Below are positions 51,965 through 60,640 of a DNA stretch of 61,030 bases, piece after piece. The position numbers and the translations under genes were made by a program. Origin of the DNA: a virus; the IMG/VR virus record IMGVR_UViG_3300045942_000039, positions 1-61,030 of that record. One strand, 5' to 3'. Each line of letters opens with the position of its first letter. Positions within the stretch are counted from its first letter, which is position 1. The notes beneath the pieces are model-generated. The model did no database searches, had not been told where the DNA came from, and saw nothing but the letters and a program-made list of their open reading frames with translations.

Positions 51965-52381
51965 TCAGAGGTGCGCGCTGACCTGGATGAGGTCGGCGGC
52001 GTCCGGGTAGCGCGCGGAGAGGATGTCGATCCACTCGGTGAGCACGGCGCGGTTGCGCTCGTGACGAGCGACGAAGCGGCGTGCGTTGTCGACGACCTGC
52101 GTGACGGAAGACGCCGAACGGCGAGCGGCTTCGACAAGGTGCGGGTTGTCAGCCAGGTACTGCTGAATCTCCGCCATCTTCTCCTGACCGTTCTCCGTGG
52201 TGAGGCCGTCGAACGCGGCAAAGTACCCGGCGCGATCGGCGTGACGGTTGTGGAGCAGGATCGTGTGGTGCTCGATCATGCGCAGCGGCTTCTTGTCGAT
52301 GTCGTGCTGCGACGTCTCCCAGCGGAGCTCAGCATCGAGGGCCGGGGAGATCGTGCTGACCGGCGTGGTGGTGTCGCTCAT
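51965..52381 (-). CDS. hypothetical protein (138 aa, TTG start), first gene after promoter copy 8
   Basis: ORF track; GAAGGAACG SD. Confidence 0.55.
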   Translation of the reverse strand: MSDTTTPVSTISPALDAELRWETSQHDIDKKPLRMIEHHTILLHNRHADRAGYFAAFDGLTTENGQEKMAEIQQYLADNPHLVEAARRSASSVTQVVDNARRFVARHERNRAVLTEWIDILSARYPDAADLIQVSAHL

Positions 52382-52438
52382 GTTCGTTCCTTCGTCTCGG
52401 CCCCCGGAATGGGGTGGTGGTGCCGTGTTGATGTTTTT

Positions 52439-52467
52439 ACACTATGGGGTAATTTCCTGACGTGCAA
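52439..52467 (-). promoter_or_regulatory. conserved phage promoter copy 8 (-35 TTGCAC, TTACCCCA, -10 TAGTGT)
   Basis: motif family; directly after terminator 52480..52508. Confidence 0.65.
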
Positions 52468-52479
52468 GTCGGAAAGAAC

Positions 52480-52508
52480 GGGGCGCCGGCCCCCTGCTCC
52501 GGCGCCCC
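52480..52508 (-). terminator. hairpin GGGGCGCCGG/CCGGCGCCCC after the 2H::XkdF gene
   Basis: 10-bp perfect stem with a 9-nt loop, 7 nt after the stop. Confidence 0.6.
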
Positions 52509-52515
52509 GTGGCTG

Positions 52516-53652
52516 CTACCCGCGGGCCTTCGCCACGGCCTCTTCGGGCAGGTCGACGAGGAGGCGCTTCGCGGATCCGCCGATCGAGAATCCCTTGATG
52601 AGATCCTGCTCGACAAGCGGCCAGGACCACTCCTCCCAGATCACGCCCATGAACGGCGTGCCAGGCGGGTAGGTGTACTTCTGCACGACGCCGGCTTCGT
52701 CGACCATCGGCACGGTGATCGGGAACGGCATGGTCGCGAGCTCCACCCAGCGGCCGGCGACGGTGTCGATGTCGTGCTGCAGGCGGATGTCACGGTCGCC
52801 GGTGTCGACGTACTTCCAGAGCGCTTCCTGCACGTCGTCGCGGGATGCCCACTCACCGTGCAAGTCGACCTGATCGGGCACGTACCAGGGGCCGTAGGTG
52901 TAGCGCTTCGCCACGTCCTTCACGGGCTCGGCGGCGTTCTTGAGGAGGGGCACGTACAGGTTGCCCTCGGGGATCCAGACGTCGGACCAGTCGGGACCGT
53001 CGAGCTCGACGCGGTACTCGAGACCCCCCCAGTAGATCGTGAGGTTGTCGATCTCGGTGTCGTACGGGTTGATCGTCACGGCGGGCATGGCGGCCTCGGC
53101 GTCAATCCACCCGATCGTGACGTGCGGCGTCCAGTCCGGGTGAGTGTCCTCCCACTCGATGCCAGCTTCGCGGAGCTCGCGCTCGAGCTTGTCGTGAAGC
53201 TCGCGGAGGCCGGGGAAGTCGCCCGACACCCAGAGGGGGTGCTCGTCGCCGTCGTTGAGGAACCGGCCGAGCTTGTTCATGCGGCCCGAGATGCGCGTGT
53301 GCTGCTGGGCGACCTGGGCAGTCACGCCGATGATGGTGCGCTGCTGCTCGTCGGTGAAGTTGGCGATGTCGCCGAGGTAGATCACCGTCATGTGGATGTC
53401 TTCGCCGGGCTCGCCGTTCGGGATCGCGATGCGGTAGCGCTCAGGGGTCGTCGGCTTCCAGGCGATCATCGCCGTGCGGGGCCGGAGGACGTAGATGTCT
53501 TCGCCGCCGTCCTCCTCGACCGTCACAACCTCGACGGTGCGCAGCTGCGCGGTACGGGCGGTCTCCACCGCGGCGCTGAACTCGCTGTCGCCGAGTTGCT
53601 CGGCGATCTCGACCGCCTTCTGAATCGTGAGGGTCTTCTGCATGGCCCCCAT
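52516..53652 (-). CDS. 2H-phosphoesterase (LigT-like) domain fused to XkdF-like phage protease/scaffold-type domain
   Basis: two H-x-T-x motifs (HMTV about aa 87, HVTI about aa 177); C-terminal YVPDQVDLHGEW...LQHDIDT...GFSIGGSAKR matches the XkdF pattern. Confidence 0.7.
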   Translation of the reverse strand: MGAMQKTLTIQKAVEIAEQLGDSEFSAAVETARTAQLRTVEVVTVEEDGGEDIYVLRPRTAMIAWKPTTPERYRIAIPNGEPGEDIHMTVIYLGDIANFTDEQQRTIIGVTAQVAQQHTRISGRMNKLGRFLNDGDEHPLWVSGDFPGLRELHDKLERELREAGIEWEDTHPDWTPHVTIGWIDAEAAMPAVTINPYDTEIDNLTIYWGGLEYRVELDGPDWSDVWIPEGNLYVPLLKNAAEPVKDVAKRYTYGPWYVPDQVDLHGEWASRDDVQEALWKYVDTGDRDIRLQHDIDTVAGRWVELATMPFPITVPMVDEAGVVQKYTYPPGTPFMGVIWEEWSWPLVEQDLIKGFSIGGSAKRLLVDLPEEAVAKARG

Positions 53653-53673
53653 CTTCGCGGGGGGTGGAGAGAT

Positions 53674-54597
53674 TCAGCCTGCCGACACGCCGCGGCCCTC
53701 GGCGCGCTGCCGAGCCATGATCTCGAGGAACTCGGGGTCGGGGGGCAGGAGGCCCGCTGTGCACCGGCACGACGGGTGCTCGGGCGGCATCATGTGACCG
53801 TTCGGGAACGGCTCGTCCCAGCGCACGATGACGCCGACGAACGGCGCGCACCGGTCGCACGGGTCACGGCCTTCGCGCCACTCCTTGAGCGAGTCGGGTG
53901 ACACCCACCCGTTCGCGACCTGCTGGTTCCACCCGGCGTACTTTCCCTCGTGCACCGCGGTCATCGACTCCGTGCGGGCGATGTTCTGCGCGCGCCGTCG
54001 GGTGAGGGCCTTCGCGCGGTTCGCGGTGACGCGGGCACCGGCGCGCTCGGCCTGCTCGACGGTCTTGCCGGCGGCGATCGCGGCATTGCGCGCGCGGATG
54101 CCAGCGCGGACGGTGGAGAGCGCCCACGCTTCGTGCAGGGGGATCGCCGCGGTGAGCATCGAGACCGCCGCGGCGGGGGTCATGCCGCCGGCTACGAGCT
54201 CGGCGGTGACCGCGGCGATAGTGAGGCGCATCTTCGTCGAGATCTCGATCGCCAGGCGCCCGGAGTGCTGGGCGGCGTACGAGACGGCCAGCTGGTCGAT
54301 CAGGGTGAAGTCGATCGCCGCGGTGACGTCCTTCCGCAGCTGCTCGGGCTCGAGCTCGTCGCGCGCGGCGTCCAAGATGATCCGCTCGAGCGGGGTGCCG
54401 ATGCCCATGAGCCGTTCGGCCACGACCATCCAGTCGAACGCGGCGAGGATCTTCGAGGTGTCGAGGGTCTTGAGGACGTCGACGGGCACGGCCGCGGCAA
54501 GACCGGTGAGCTCGCGGTGCACGATGCGCGCGACCGCGGCTTCCTCACGGGCCGGGTCGTGGGGGCCCGCGCCTACCTCACTGGGTGGGGGCGTCAT
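53674..54597 (-). CDS. MuF-like minor head (head morphogenesis) protein
   Basis: NIARTESMTAVHEGKY...WREGRDPCDRC...PPEHPSCRC C-terminal signature. Confidence 0.8.
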   Translation of the reverse strand: MTPPPSEVGAGPHDPAREEAAVARIVHRELTGLAAAVPVDVLKTLDTSKILAAFDWMVVAERLMGIGTPLERIILDAARDELEPEQLRKDVTAAIDFTLIDQLAVSYAAQHSGRLAIEISTKMRLTIAAVTAELVAGGMTPAAAVSMLTAAIPLHEAWALSTVRAGIRARNAAIAAGKTVEQAERAGARVTANRAKALTRRRAQNIARTESMTAVHEGKYAGWNQQVANGWVSPDSLKEWREGRDPCDRCAPFVGVIVRWDEPFPNGHMMPPEHPSCRCTAGLLPPDPEFLEIMARQRAEGRGVSAG

Positions 54598-55936
54598 CGA
54601 ACGGGAGAGTCTCGTCGGCGGGCAGCTTCGCGGCGTCGCGAACGAACTTCTCGAGCTCGGGGCCCGGGGTGAGGAGGCTCGCGTCGACCATGCTCGTCAG
54701 GAACGATCCGAGCGTCCCGAGATCCTGGTTCGCAACGTCGCCGTAGGCCAGGACGGGCAGCCGGCGCACCTGGATCCGATTAATGCGGAGCAGGAGGCGG
54801 ATCGCGTAGTCGCGGAACGTCTCGGCGATGCCACGGGCGAGCGCGTCAATCGACATCTGCCAGAGGTCGATCTTCGCGGTGCCGAGCGCGAACGAGCCGA
54901 CGTTCTGGTGGCCGAGCATCAGGAAGTCCATGATGATCGACATCGCCATCTCTTCGGACTTGCGCTTGATGATCGCGTTGGTGTCGATCTGCTTCGCGCC
55001 AGCTGAGGACATGAGCTCGACGTCGATCAGCTTGTTGCCGTGCGTGTCGTACGCGACGGGGAGCACCAGGCCGCCGGAGGCGTCGTTGCGGATGCTGGTG
55101 ACGAGCTCTTTCATCGCGGCGACGGTGCGCTTCATGCCGTCGTCGGCGTTCGGGGCGAAGTAGTCCATCGGCAGGGTCGCCTTCGGGAGCCCGGCGAGAT
55201 CTCGCTCGATGCCCATCGCCTCGTACTCTTCGATGCGCTTCTTGTAGAACCACGAGCGGTACGCGCCGCGGAGCAGCGAGCGCCCCTCGGGGTTGTCGCG
55301 CGCCGTCGTCGTGCGGAAGAGCAGCGCTTTCTTGAGCGGGATCGTGCGCATACCCCCCTGCGAGGGGTCCATCTGCTGCATCCCGAGCAGGTTGCCCTTC
55401 TCGTCGAACTCCCACTGCACGAGCGTGTCCTGAGCGCGGATGCGGAACGACTTCCAGCCCACCAGGCCGTCGGTGTAGTTCGACCGGCGCCAGTCCTCTT
55501 CCTCGTCGGGGCCGCCGCGGATCTTGAAGTTCTGCTCGAGCAGCGACCACCCGTAGGTGCCCATCGACGCGATGTCCTCGATGACGTTCGACCAGGGGGT
55601 CTCCATGTCTTCGAAGGCTTCCTGGCAGAGCCGGGTCGCGCGGAGCTCTTCGGCGTCCGGGTTCTCCGGCGGCTCGATCGACCAGGGGAGACGGCAGATC
55701 AGCCGGGAGAGGCTGAACGTCATCGCGGAGCCCACGGGGTCGTTCTCGCCGATCTCGCGGTAGGTGCGCGCACCTCGAGACCCGACGAGCTCGGTGAGGA
55801 ACTCCTCGGTGATGCGACCGCCCGACCGGGAGAGACCCGTCGACCCGAACTCCTGCAGCGCGGGGGGCAGCTGCGTCTCGGCGCTGTCCTGAGCGGCCGC
55901 GGCCGTCTGCAGAGCGGTGGTGGGCTGTTCGGGCAT
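54578..55936 (-). CDS. portal protein
   Basis: 452 aa directly downstream of terL; size and composition. Confidence 0.8.
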   Translation of the reverse strand: MPEQPTTALQTAAAAQDSAETQLPPALQEFGSTGLSRSGGRITEEFLTELVGSRGARTYREIGENDPVGSAMTFSLSRLICRLPWSIEPPENPDAEELRATRLCQEAFEDMETPWSNVIEDIASMGTYGWSLLEQNFKIRGGPDEEEDWRRSNYTDGLVGWKSFRIRAQDTLVQWEFDEKGNLLGMQQMDPSQGGMRTIPLKKALLFRTTTARDNPEGRSLLRGAYRSWFYKKRIEEYEAMGIERDLAGLPKATLPMDYFAPNADDGMKRTVAAMKELVTSIRNDASGGLVLPVAYDTHGNKLIDVELMSSAGAKQIDTNAIIKRKSEEMAMSIIMDFLMLGHQNVGSFALGTAKIDLWQMSIDALARGIAETFRDYAIRLLLRINRIQVRRLPVLAYGDVANQDLGTLGSFLTSMVDASLLTPGPELEKFVRDAAKLPADETLPFDDAPTQ

Positions 55937-56016
55937 GTGGCGTTCCTAACGGGGAGGCGACAACGTCCGCCCCATTCTTCCCCCCGGGGGTGAAACGGTC
56001 GCCACCCGACGCGCCG

Positions 56017-57726
56017 TCACCGGTCGGGGGTCGCCACCTGACGCCACGACTGTGCGGCCTTGCCGACGGCGGCCGGGGTGAACGCCCCGAGGGACACGGC
56101 CTGCGGAGGCTCGTAGAACGCGAGCAGGATCGCTTCACCGCGGTCAGGAGACCGGCCGCCGGTGCGCTTCTTGATCTCGGTCTTCTTCTCGATCGTTACG
56201 CGCCCCGAGGAGTCCGGGCGGTACTGCGGCGCCGACAGCTGCGCGAGGGTGCGCGTGTCGATGTCGAGGCGCACGGGGCCGGTGTACTCGTAGAGCTTCG
56301 CGACGGCTCCGCCACCGATGGGCTGCTCAACCCGCTTTGGCTGCAGGAGAGTGCGGAGGTTCCACCACATCTCGGCACGGATCTTGTCGAACTTCGTGTC
56401 GTTGCCGGCGCGCTCGGAGACGTTCACGCCGATGATGTCGGCGCGGATCTCGCCCCGCTCGCGTCGCTTCTTGAGGTTCGACACAACACCCCAGCCGACG
56501 CCGATCTCGTCGATTTTGACGCGCACCGTCTCGGTGATGCCCCACTCCTCGTGCTGGGCCTCGGCCTTCACGATCCACTTGAACACCTCGTCGGCGACGT
56601 CCTCGCTGTTCTCGTTCGCAGCGCCAGCGATCGCGTGCACAATCTCGGCGTACCAGCCGGTTCGTCGGGCGATGACGAACTCGTCGCCACCGTCGGATGC
56701 CACGTCGACGCCGAGCATGATCCGCGCCGGCACAACTTCCTCGTCGGGCCAGGCTTTCGCTTCGGCCATCTCGAGCCAGGTGAGGGGGATGACCTTGTCG
56801 GCCACCATGGACGGGAACCGAGCGTGCACGCGCGCTTCGACGTAGGCCGAGTCGGCGCCGAACTCGTCGATGACCTCGTTGTACCAGGCTTTGTCGACCA
56901 GGTGCGATGCGATCGGGTGCGGGGGCACGCCTGCAGGGCACGACGTGCAGTCCTGGAATCCAGCTGTCTCGCCGGAGAAGTTCGGGGTGTCGCCGACGGC
57001 GATGCGGACGACGTTCGTGTTCGCGCGACCGCTTTCACAGCGCTTCTGAAACCACGTGTTCTCTTCCTCCGTCGACGGGTTGCCGATGAGGAGCATCCGC
57101 GTGTGACCACCGGTGAGGAGGGAGTAGAGCGCCTTGCCCATCTCGTGCGAGATGCCGCCGGCCTCGTCGACGACGATGAGGAGGTGGGGCGCGTGGCGGC
57201 CCTGCACGGCGGATTCGTCGTTGTCGGAGCTCGAGAAGCCGTACGCCGCGAGGAACTCGCCCGCGTCCTCCGGCATGGGCACGATCCACTCGGTCGTGTT
57301 CGTGCGGCCGGGCAGCTTGTGGCGGGCCTGCATCCGGCGGATGTGCGGCCAGAGGATCGTCTTGACCTGCTGGAACGTCGTCGCCGTGGTGATGACCAGC
57401 GCGGTCCCGGGAGGGTGGACCGACGTCCACCAGGCCACCACGCGCGCCGCGGTGTGCGACTTCGAGACAGAGTGACCCGCGGGCACGCACGTGATCTTGT
57501 ACTTGAGCACCGAGTCGAGGATCGCTTCCATCTTCGACCACGTCGGCTCGCCGAGGCACTGGTTTACGAAGCCGATGGGGTCGTAGCGCCACCCGGCGTA
57601 CTTCGACCCCATCGCCTTGTTCAGGAGGTCGTCCCAGATCACTCGCTCCTGGCGAGACAGGGTCGACCAGAACTCTTCGCGATCGCGCTCAGTTAGAGCA
57701 GCGAGCTCCTCGAGCACGCCCGACAT
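56017..57726 (-). CDS. terL: terminase large subunit
   Basis: 569 aa; VPAGHSVSKSH Walker A-like, LLIVVDEAGGI Walker B, C-terminal nuclease-like acidic motifs. Confidence 0.88.
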   Translation of the reverse strand: MSGVLEELAALTERDREEFWSTLSRQERVIWDDLLNKAMGSKYAGWRYDPIGFVNQCLGEPTWSKMEAILDSVLKYKITCVPAGHSVSKSHTAARVVAWWTSVHPPGTALVITTATTFQQVKTILWPHIRRMQARHKLPGRTNTTEWIVPMPEDAGEFLAAYGFSSSDNDESAVQGRHAPHLLIVVDEAGGISHEMGKALYSLLTGGHTRMLLIGNPSTEEENTWFQKRCESGRANTNVVRIAVGDTPNFSGETAGFQDCTSCPAGVPPHPIASHLVDKAWYNEVIDEFGADSAYVEARVHARFPSMVADKVIPLTWLEMAEAKAWPDEEVVPARIMLGVDVASDGGDEFVIARRTGWYAEIVHAIAGAANENSEDVADEVFKWIVKAEAQHEEWGITETVRVKIDEIGVGWGVVSNLKKRRERGEIRADIIGVNVSERAGNDTKFDKIRAEMWWNLRTLLQPKRVEQPIGGGAVAKLYEYTGPVRLDIDTRTLAQLSAPQYRPDSSGRVTIEKKTEIKKRTGGRSPDRGEAILLAFYEPPQAVSLGAFTPAAVGKAAQSWRQVATPDR

Positions 57727-58346
57727 CAGTCCTCCGGTTCTGCCTCGGCCGCGGCGCCCGGTTCGCCGAGCTCGATGGTGTTCTCGGGGTCGCGCGCCAT
57801 CCGCCAGGCGGCCAGCTTGGCTTCGAGATCCGAGTCTGCCACTCCGCGCAGCTGCGGGCCCTCGTCAGCCGCCACAATCGCTTCGACGGTCGCCGGGACA
57901 CCGCGTGCCAGACGCTCGTTCTTCACGACGAGATCGAACATCTGGATCACCTGCAGGGGCGGGAGCTTCGTGAGATCCATCGCCTGGATCGCCGTGACGA
58001 TCTTCGCCTGCGTGGCGACGGCCATGGACGCGTGCCGGGCCTTCATATCCAGGATCGTCTTCGCGGTCTCTTGGTCGGTGAGCGCCTGCGACCAGTCGTC
58101 CCACGCCTCGGCGCGCGAAACCCATCGGTTCCGCGATGACCATTTCTCGAACTGGCGAACGCCGCCGCCCTTCGGGTCGAACTCGTCCTCGGGGATGTCG
58201 TAGTAGCGCAGCGCAGCCCTGCGGAGCGTGCGGATCGTCCCGAGATCTCGGTAGACGATGAACGCCGCGTACGCTTTCCCGGTCTCGTCGTCGAGCCGCT
58301 CCCACGGGTACGCGCCGAGGGCGTACCGGTCGTCATGCTGCGTCAT
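57726..58346 (-). CDS. terS: terminase small subunit
   Basis: 206 aa immediately upstream of terL with a 1-nt overlap; helical N-terminal DNA-binding-like region. Confidence 0.65.
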   Translation of the reverse strand: MTQHDDRYALGAYPWERLDDETGKAYAAFIVYRDLGTIRTLRRAALRYYDIPEDEFDPKGGGVRQFEKWSSRNRWVSRAEAWDDWSQALTDQETAKTILDMKARHASMAVATQAKIVTAIQAMDLTKLPPLQVIQMFDLVVKNERLARGVPATVEAIVAADEGPQLRGVADSDLEAKLAAWRMARDPENTIELGEPGAAAEAEPED

Positions 58347-59239
58347 TTCGCGAGGTAGGCGCGGCAGATGGCCGCGAGCGCGGCCTCAGCGGGCAGGGAG
58401 GAGTCGCCGGCGCGCTGCTTGTCGATGGCCTTGAGAATCGCCGCGGCGTTCTCTGCCGGCGCGTTGTGACCGGTGACTGTGGACAGGGGCACGTACTTCC
58501 CGTGGCGGGTCTTCTGGGCCTCGGCGTCCCACCAGCCCTCACGGATGTCGTCGACGTGCTTCTCGAAGAGGTCGAGCATGATCTCGAGGCCGGTGGCGAC
58601 GTTCTTCACGTCGTAGCTGGCCGAGATCTCGCTGAGCGCGGTGAGAAAACGCTGGTGCTCGCCCAGCTTCGCAACCCACGTGGTGTCGGCGCCGGATGCC
58701 ATCGTCATCGCGAGCTTCATGACCTCGCGGACGCGCTCCGCCTCGGGGGGCAGGAACACGATCGACATGGACTGAAACTCGAGGTTCGCTTCGCTGAGCG
58801 ACCCGATCTTCACGTCGGCGAGGAGGTCGAGGGCCTTGTCGTCGAGGCCGCTGTATTCGCGCCAGTCGATGTCGTCGAGGTCTTCGTAGAGAGCGGAGAG
58901 CACGGCGGGGTCGTCTTCGCCGGCAATCGCGTTGTGCGCGATCTGCATGGCGGTGCGCTGCGCCTGGGGGAGCACCTCGTCGACGAGCATGACGTCGATC
59001 TCGGGGAGACCGGCTTCCACCGCGGCCTGCGTGCGGTGGTTGCCCGAGATGACCTCGTAGCGGCCGTTCTCCATCTTCACGGCGAGAGGCACGGACGTCA
59101 GCCGGCCGTCGCGCTTTACGTTCTCGACGAGGCGGTTGAACTGCTCGTGCCGCATGAAACGCGCGTTGATCTCGAGCAGCACGAGCTCGCGCGGGTCCAT
59201 CCGCACGATTCGCGTCTCGAAGGGGAGGCCCTTAGCCAT
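58343..59239 (-). CDS. ParB/Srx-like nuclease-domain protein
   Basis: ELVLLEINARFM...VISGNHRTQAA N-terminal ParB-type motif. Confidence 0.7.
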   Translation of the reverse strand: MAKGLPFETRIVRMDPRELVLLEINARFMRHEQFNRLVENVKRDGRLTSVPLAVKMENGRYEVISGNHRTQAAVEAGLPEIDVMLVDEVLPQAQRTAMQIAHNAIAGEDDPAVLSALYEDLDDIDWREYSGLDDKALDLLADVKIGSLSEANLEFQSMSIVFLPPEAERVREVMKLAMTMASGADTTWVAKLGEHQRFLTALSEISASYDVKNVATGLEIMLDLFEKHVDDIREGWWDAEAQKTRHGKYVPLSTVTGHNAPAENAAAILKAIDKQRAGDSSLPAEAALAAICRAYLAK

Positions 59240-60617
59240 TGAATACTCCGCTCTTGTCTTGCCAGATCTGGTAGCCCTCGTCGAGCGACCACTGTCCGAG
59301 TTGCTGCCCGTACTGCAGTTCGTAGCGCTGCGCGTAGTAGGCGTCGGACGAGTCGATCGCGCCCTGGTGGGCAGCTTCGTTCTCGGTGCGCTTGAGGAGC
59401 TTGAACACGCCGCGGTACTTCATGCTCACGGGGTTCTTTGCGAACGCGGTCGTCGTGAGCGCGCGGTAGAGACGGTTCGACGCGCGCTCCGCGAGCGCCT
59501 TGGCCTCGTGGGAGAGGGAGGCGTAGAGCACGAGCTTCGCGAGGTGCTTGTAGCTGCTGTTCGCGACCGGGAAGTCGGACAGGAGGTAGGTGTGCGGGCC
59601 GTCGATGTAGCTGTCCCAGTTCGCCGTCGTCGGGGCGAACGAGAACGCGAACACGCCGACGAGCACGCCGTCGACGAGCACGGCAATGGGCAGCGACGCC
59701 GCGCCGGGCTTGATGTGGGGGTTCATGTACTTCGACCGGAGCGCTGAGAACTGCGACTCGGAGAGGACGGCGAGGGTCATCTTCTCGCCGAGCTTCTGCC
59801 CCTTGCGGAGATGCGGGGCCAGGAACGGCGACGTCGGCTGACGCGGCACGACGATGCGGATCGGGGCGTCCGAGGAGTACACGTGGATCGAGACGCCGCG
59901 GTTGGTCGTCTGCGTCATTCCTCGGCGGAGGTGGTCGATGTGGGGGAGGCGCGTGTGCACGCCCATCAGCCACTGCTTCCGATCCTGGATCTTCTCGAGC
60001 AGCTGGTCGCGGTGCTCCGACTGGATCTCTTCGTATCCGGGGCGCGCCGGCCAGTCGTACATCTTGTCGAGCTTCGCGAACTGGTTCGTATAGTCGCCGC
60101 CGAAGAACGGCGGGTACATCACCAACGGGGCGTCTTTCGGCACCTTGTCGATCCACGTGAACACGTCCTCCGGCGAGAACGACGCGAGCCTCATCGGCAG
60201 ATTCTCGATGCGGCGCTTCGTGACCTCGTGCATCCGAGCCCACTGCTGCCGGTGCGCCTCCACGATGCGCCGGTAGTAGGCGTTCGTCTTCCCGAGGGTC
60301 TCGACCAGACGGGAGAGGAGCATCATCGTCGCCAGCTGGTCGGTGGGCGTCTCGACGTAGTCGACGATCCACGGGTATGCCTCGATGGCGGCCGGCGTGA
60401 GCGTGTACGTCAGCGGCGTCCCGGCGAAATAGGAGCCGATCGCCGACGAATAGAGCAGGACGTCGTTGCCGTGCAGCCTCCACCCCTGCGTGAAGATCGC
60501 TCGTTCGATCGTGAGATTGCCGGAGCACCCGATGTAGAGATCACCGCGGTCCTCCCATGAGTCGGTGACCTCGGCGACGATGCGTTGCATGTCGCCCGGG
60601 ATGGATCCTCTGAACAC
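59232..60617 (-). CDS. Dam-like methyltransferase-fold N-domain (atypical YPPF motif IV) fused to an uncharacterised C-domain
   Basis: GTG after GGGAG SD; LYIGCSGN (motif I-like, about aa 27) and VMYPPFFGGDY (about aa 166); C-terminal 200 aa alpha/beta of unknown type. Confidence 0.5.
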   Translation of the reverse strand: MFRGSIPGDMQRIVAEVTDSWEDRGDLYIGCSGNLTIERAIFTQGWRLHGNDVLLYSSAIGSYFAGTPLTYTLTPAAIEAYPWIVDYVETPTDQLATMMLLSRLVETLGKTNAYYRRIVEAHRQQWARMHEVTKRRIENLPMRLASFSPEDVFTWIDKVPKDAPLVMYPPFFGGDYTNQFAKLDKMYDWPARPGYEEIQSEHRDQLLEKIQDRKQWLMGVHTRLPHIDHLRRGMTQTTNRGVSIHVYSSDAPIRIVVPRQPTSPFLAPHLRKGQKLGEKMTLAVLSESQFSALRSKYMNPHIKPGAASLPIAVLVDGVLVGVFAFSFAPTTANWDSYIDGPHTYLLSDFPVANSSYKHLAKLVLYASLSHEAKALAERASNRLYRALTTTAFAKNPVSMKYRGVFKLLKRTENEAAHQGAIDSSDAYYAQRYELQYGQQLGQWSLDEGYQIWQDKSGVFNG

Positions 60618-60640
60618 GCCGCTCCCTGGTGATGAAACGT

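Noticed and set aside
58343-59239. ParB-like protein as evidence for a plasmid-prophage partition system.
   Set aside because: No ParA ATPase or parS-like repeat array is seen. The gene overlaps terS and the methyltransferase-like gene, a context typical of packaging-associated ParB/Srx nuclease-domain proteins.
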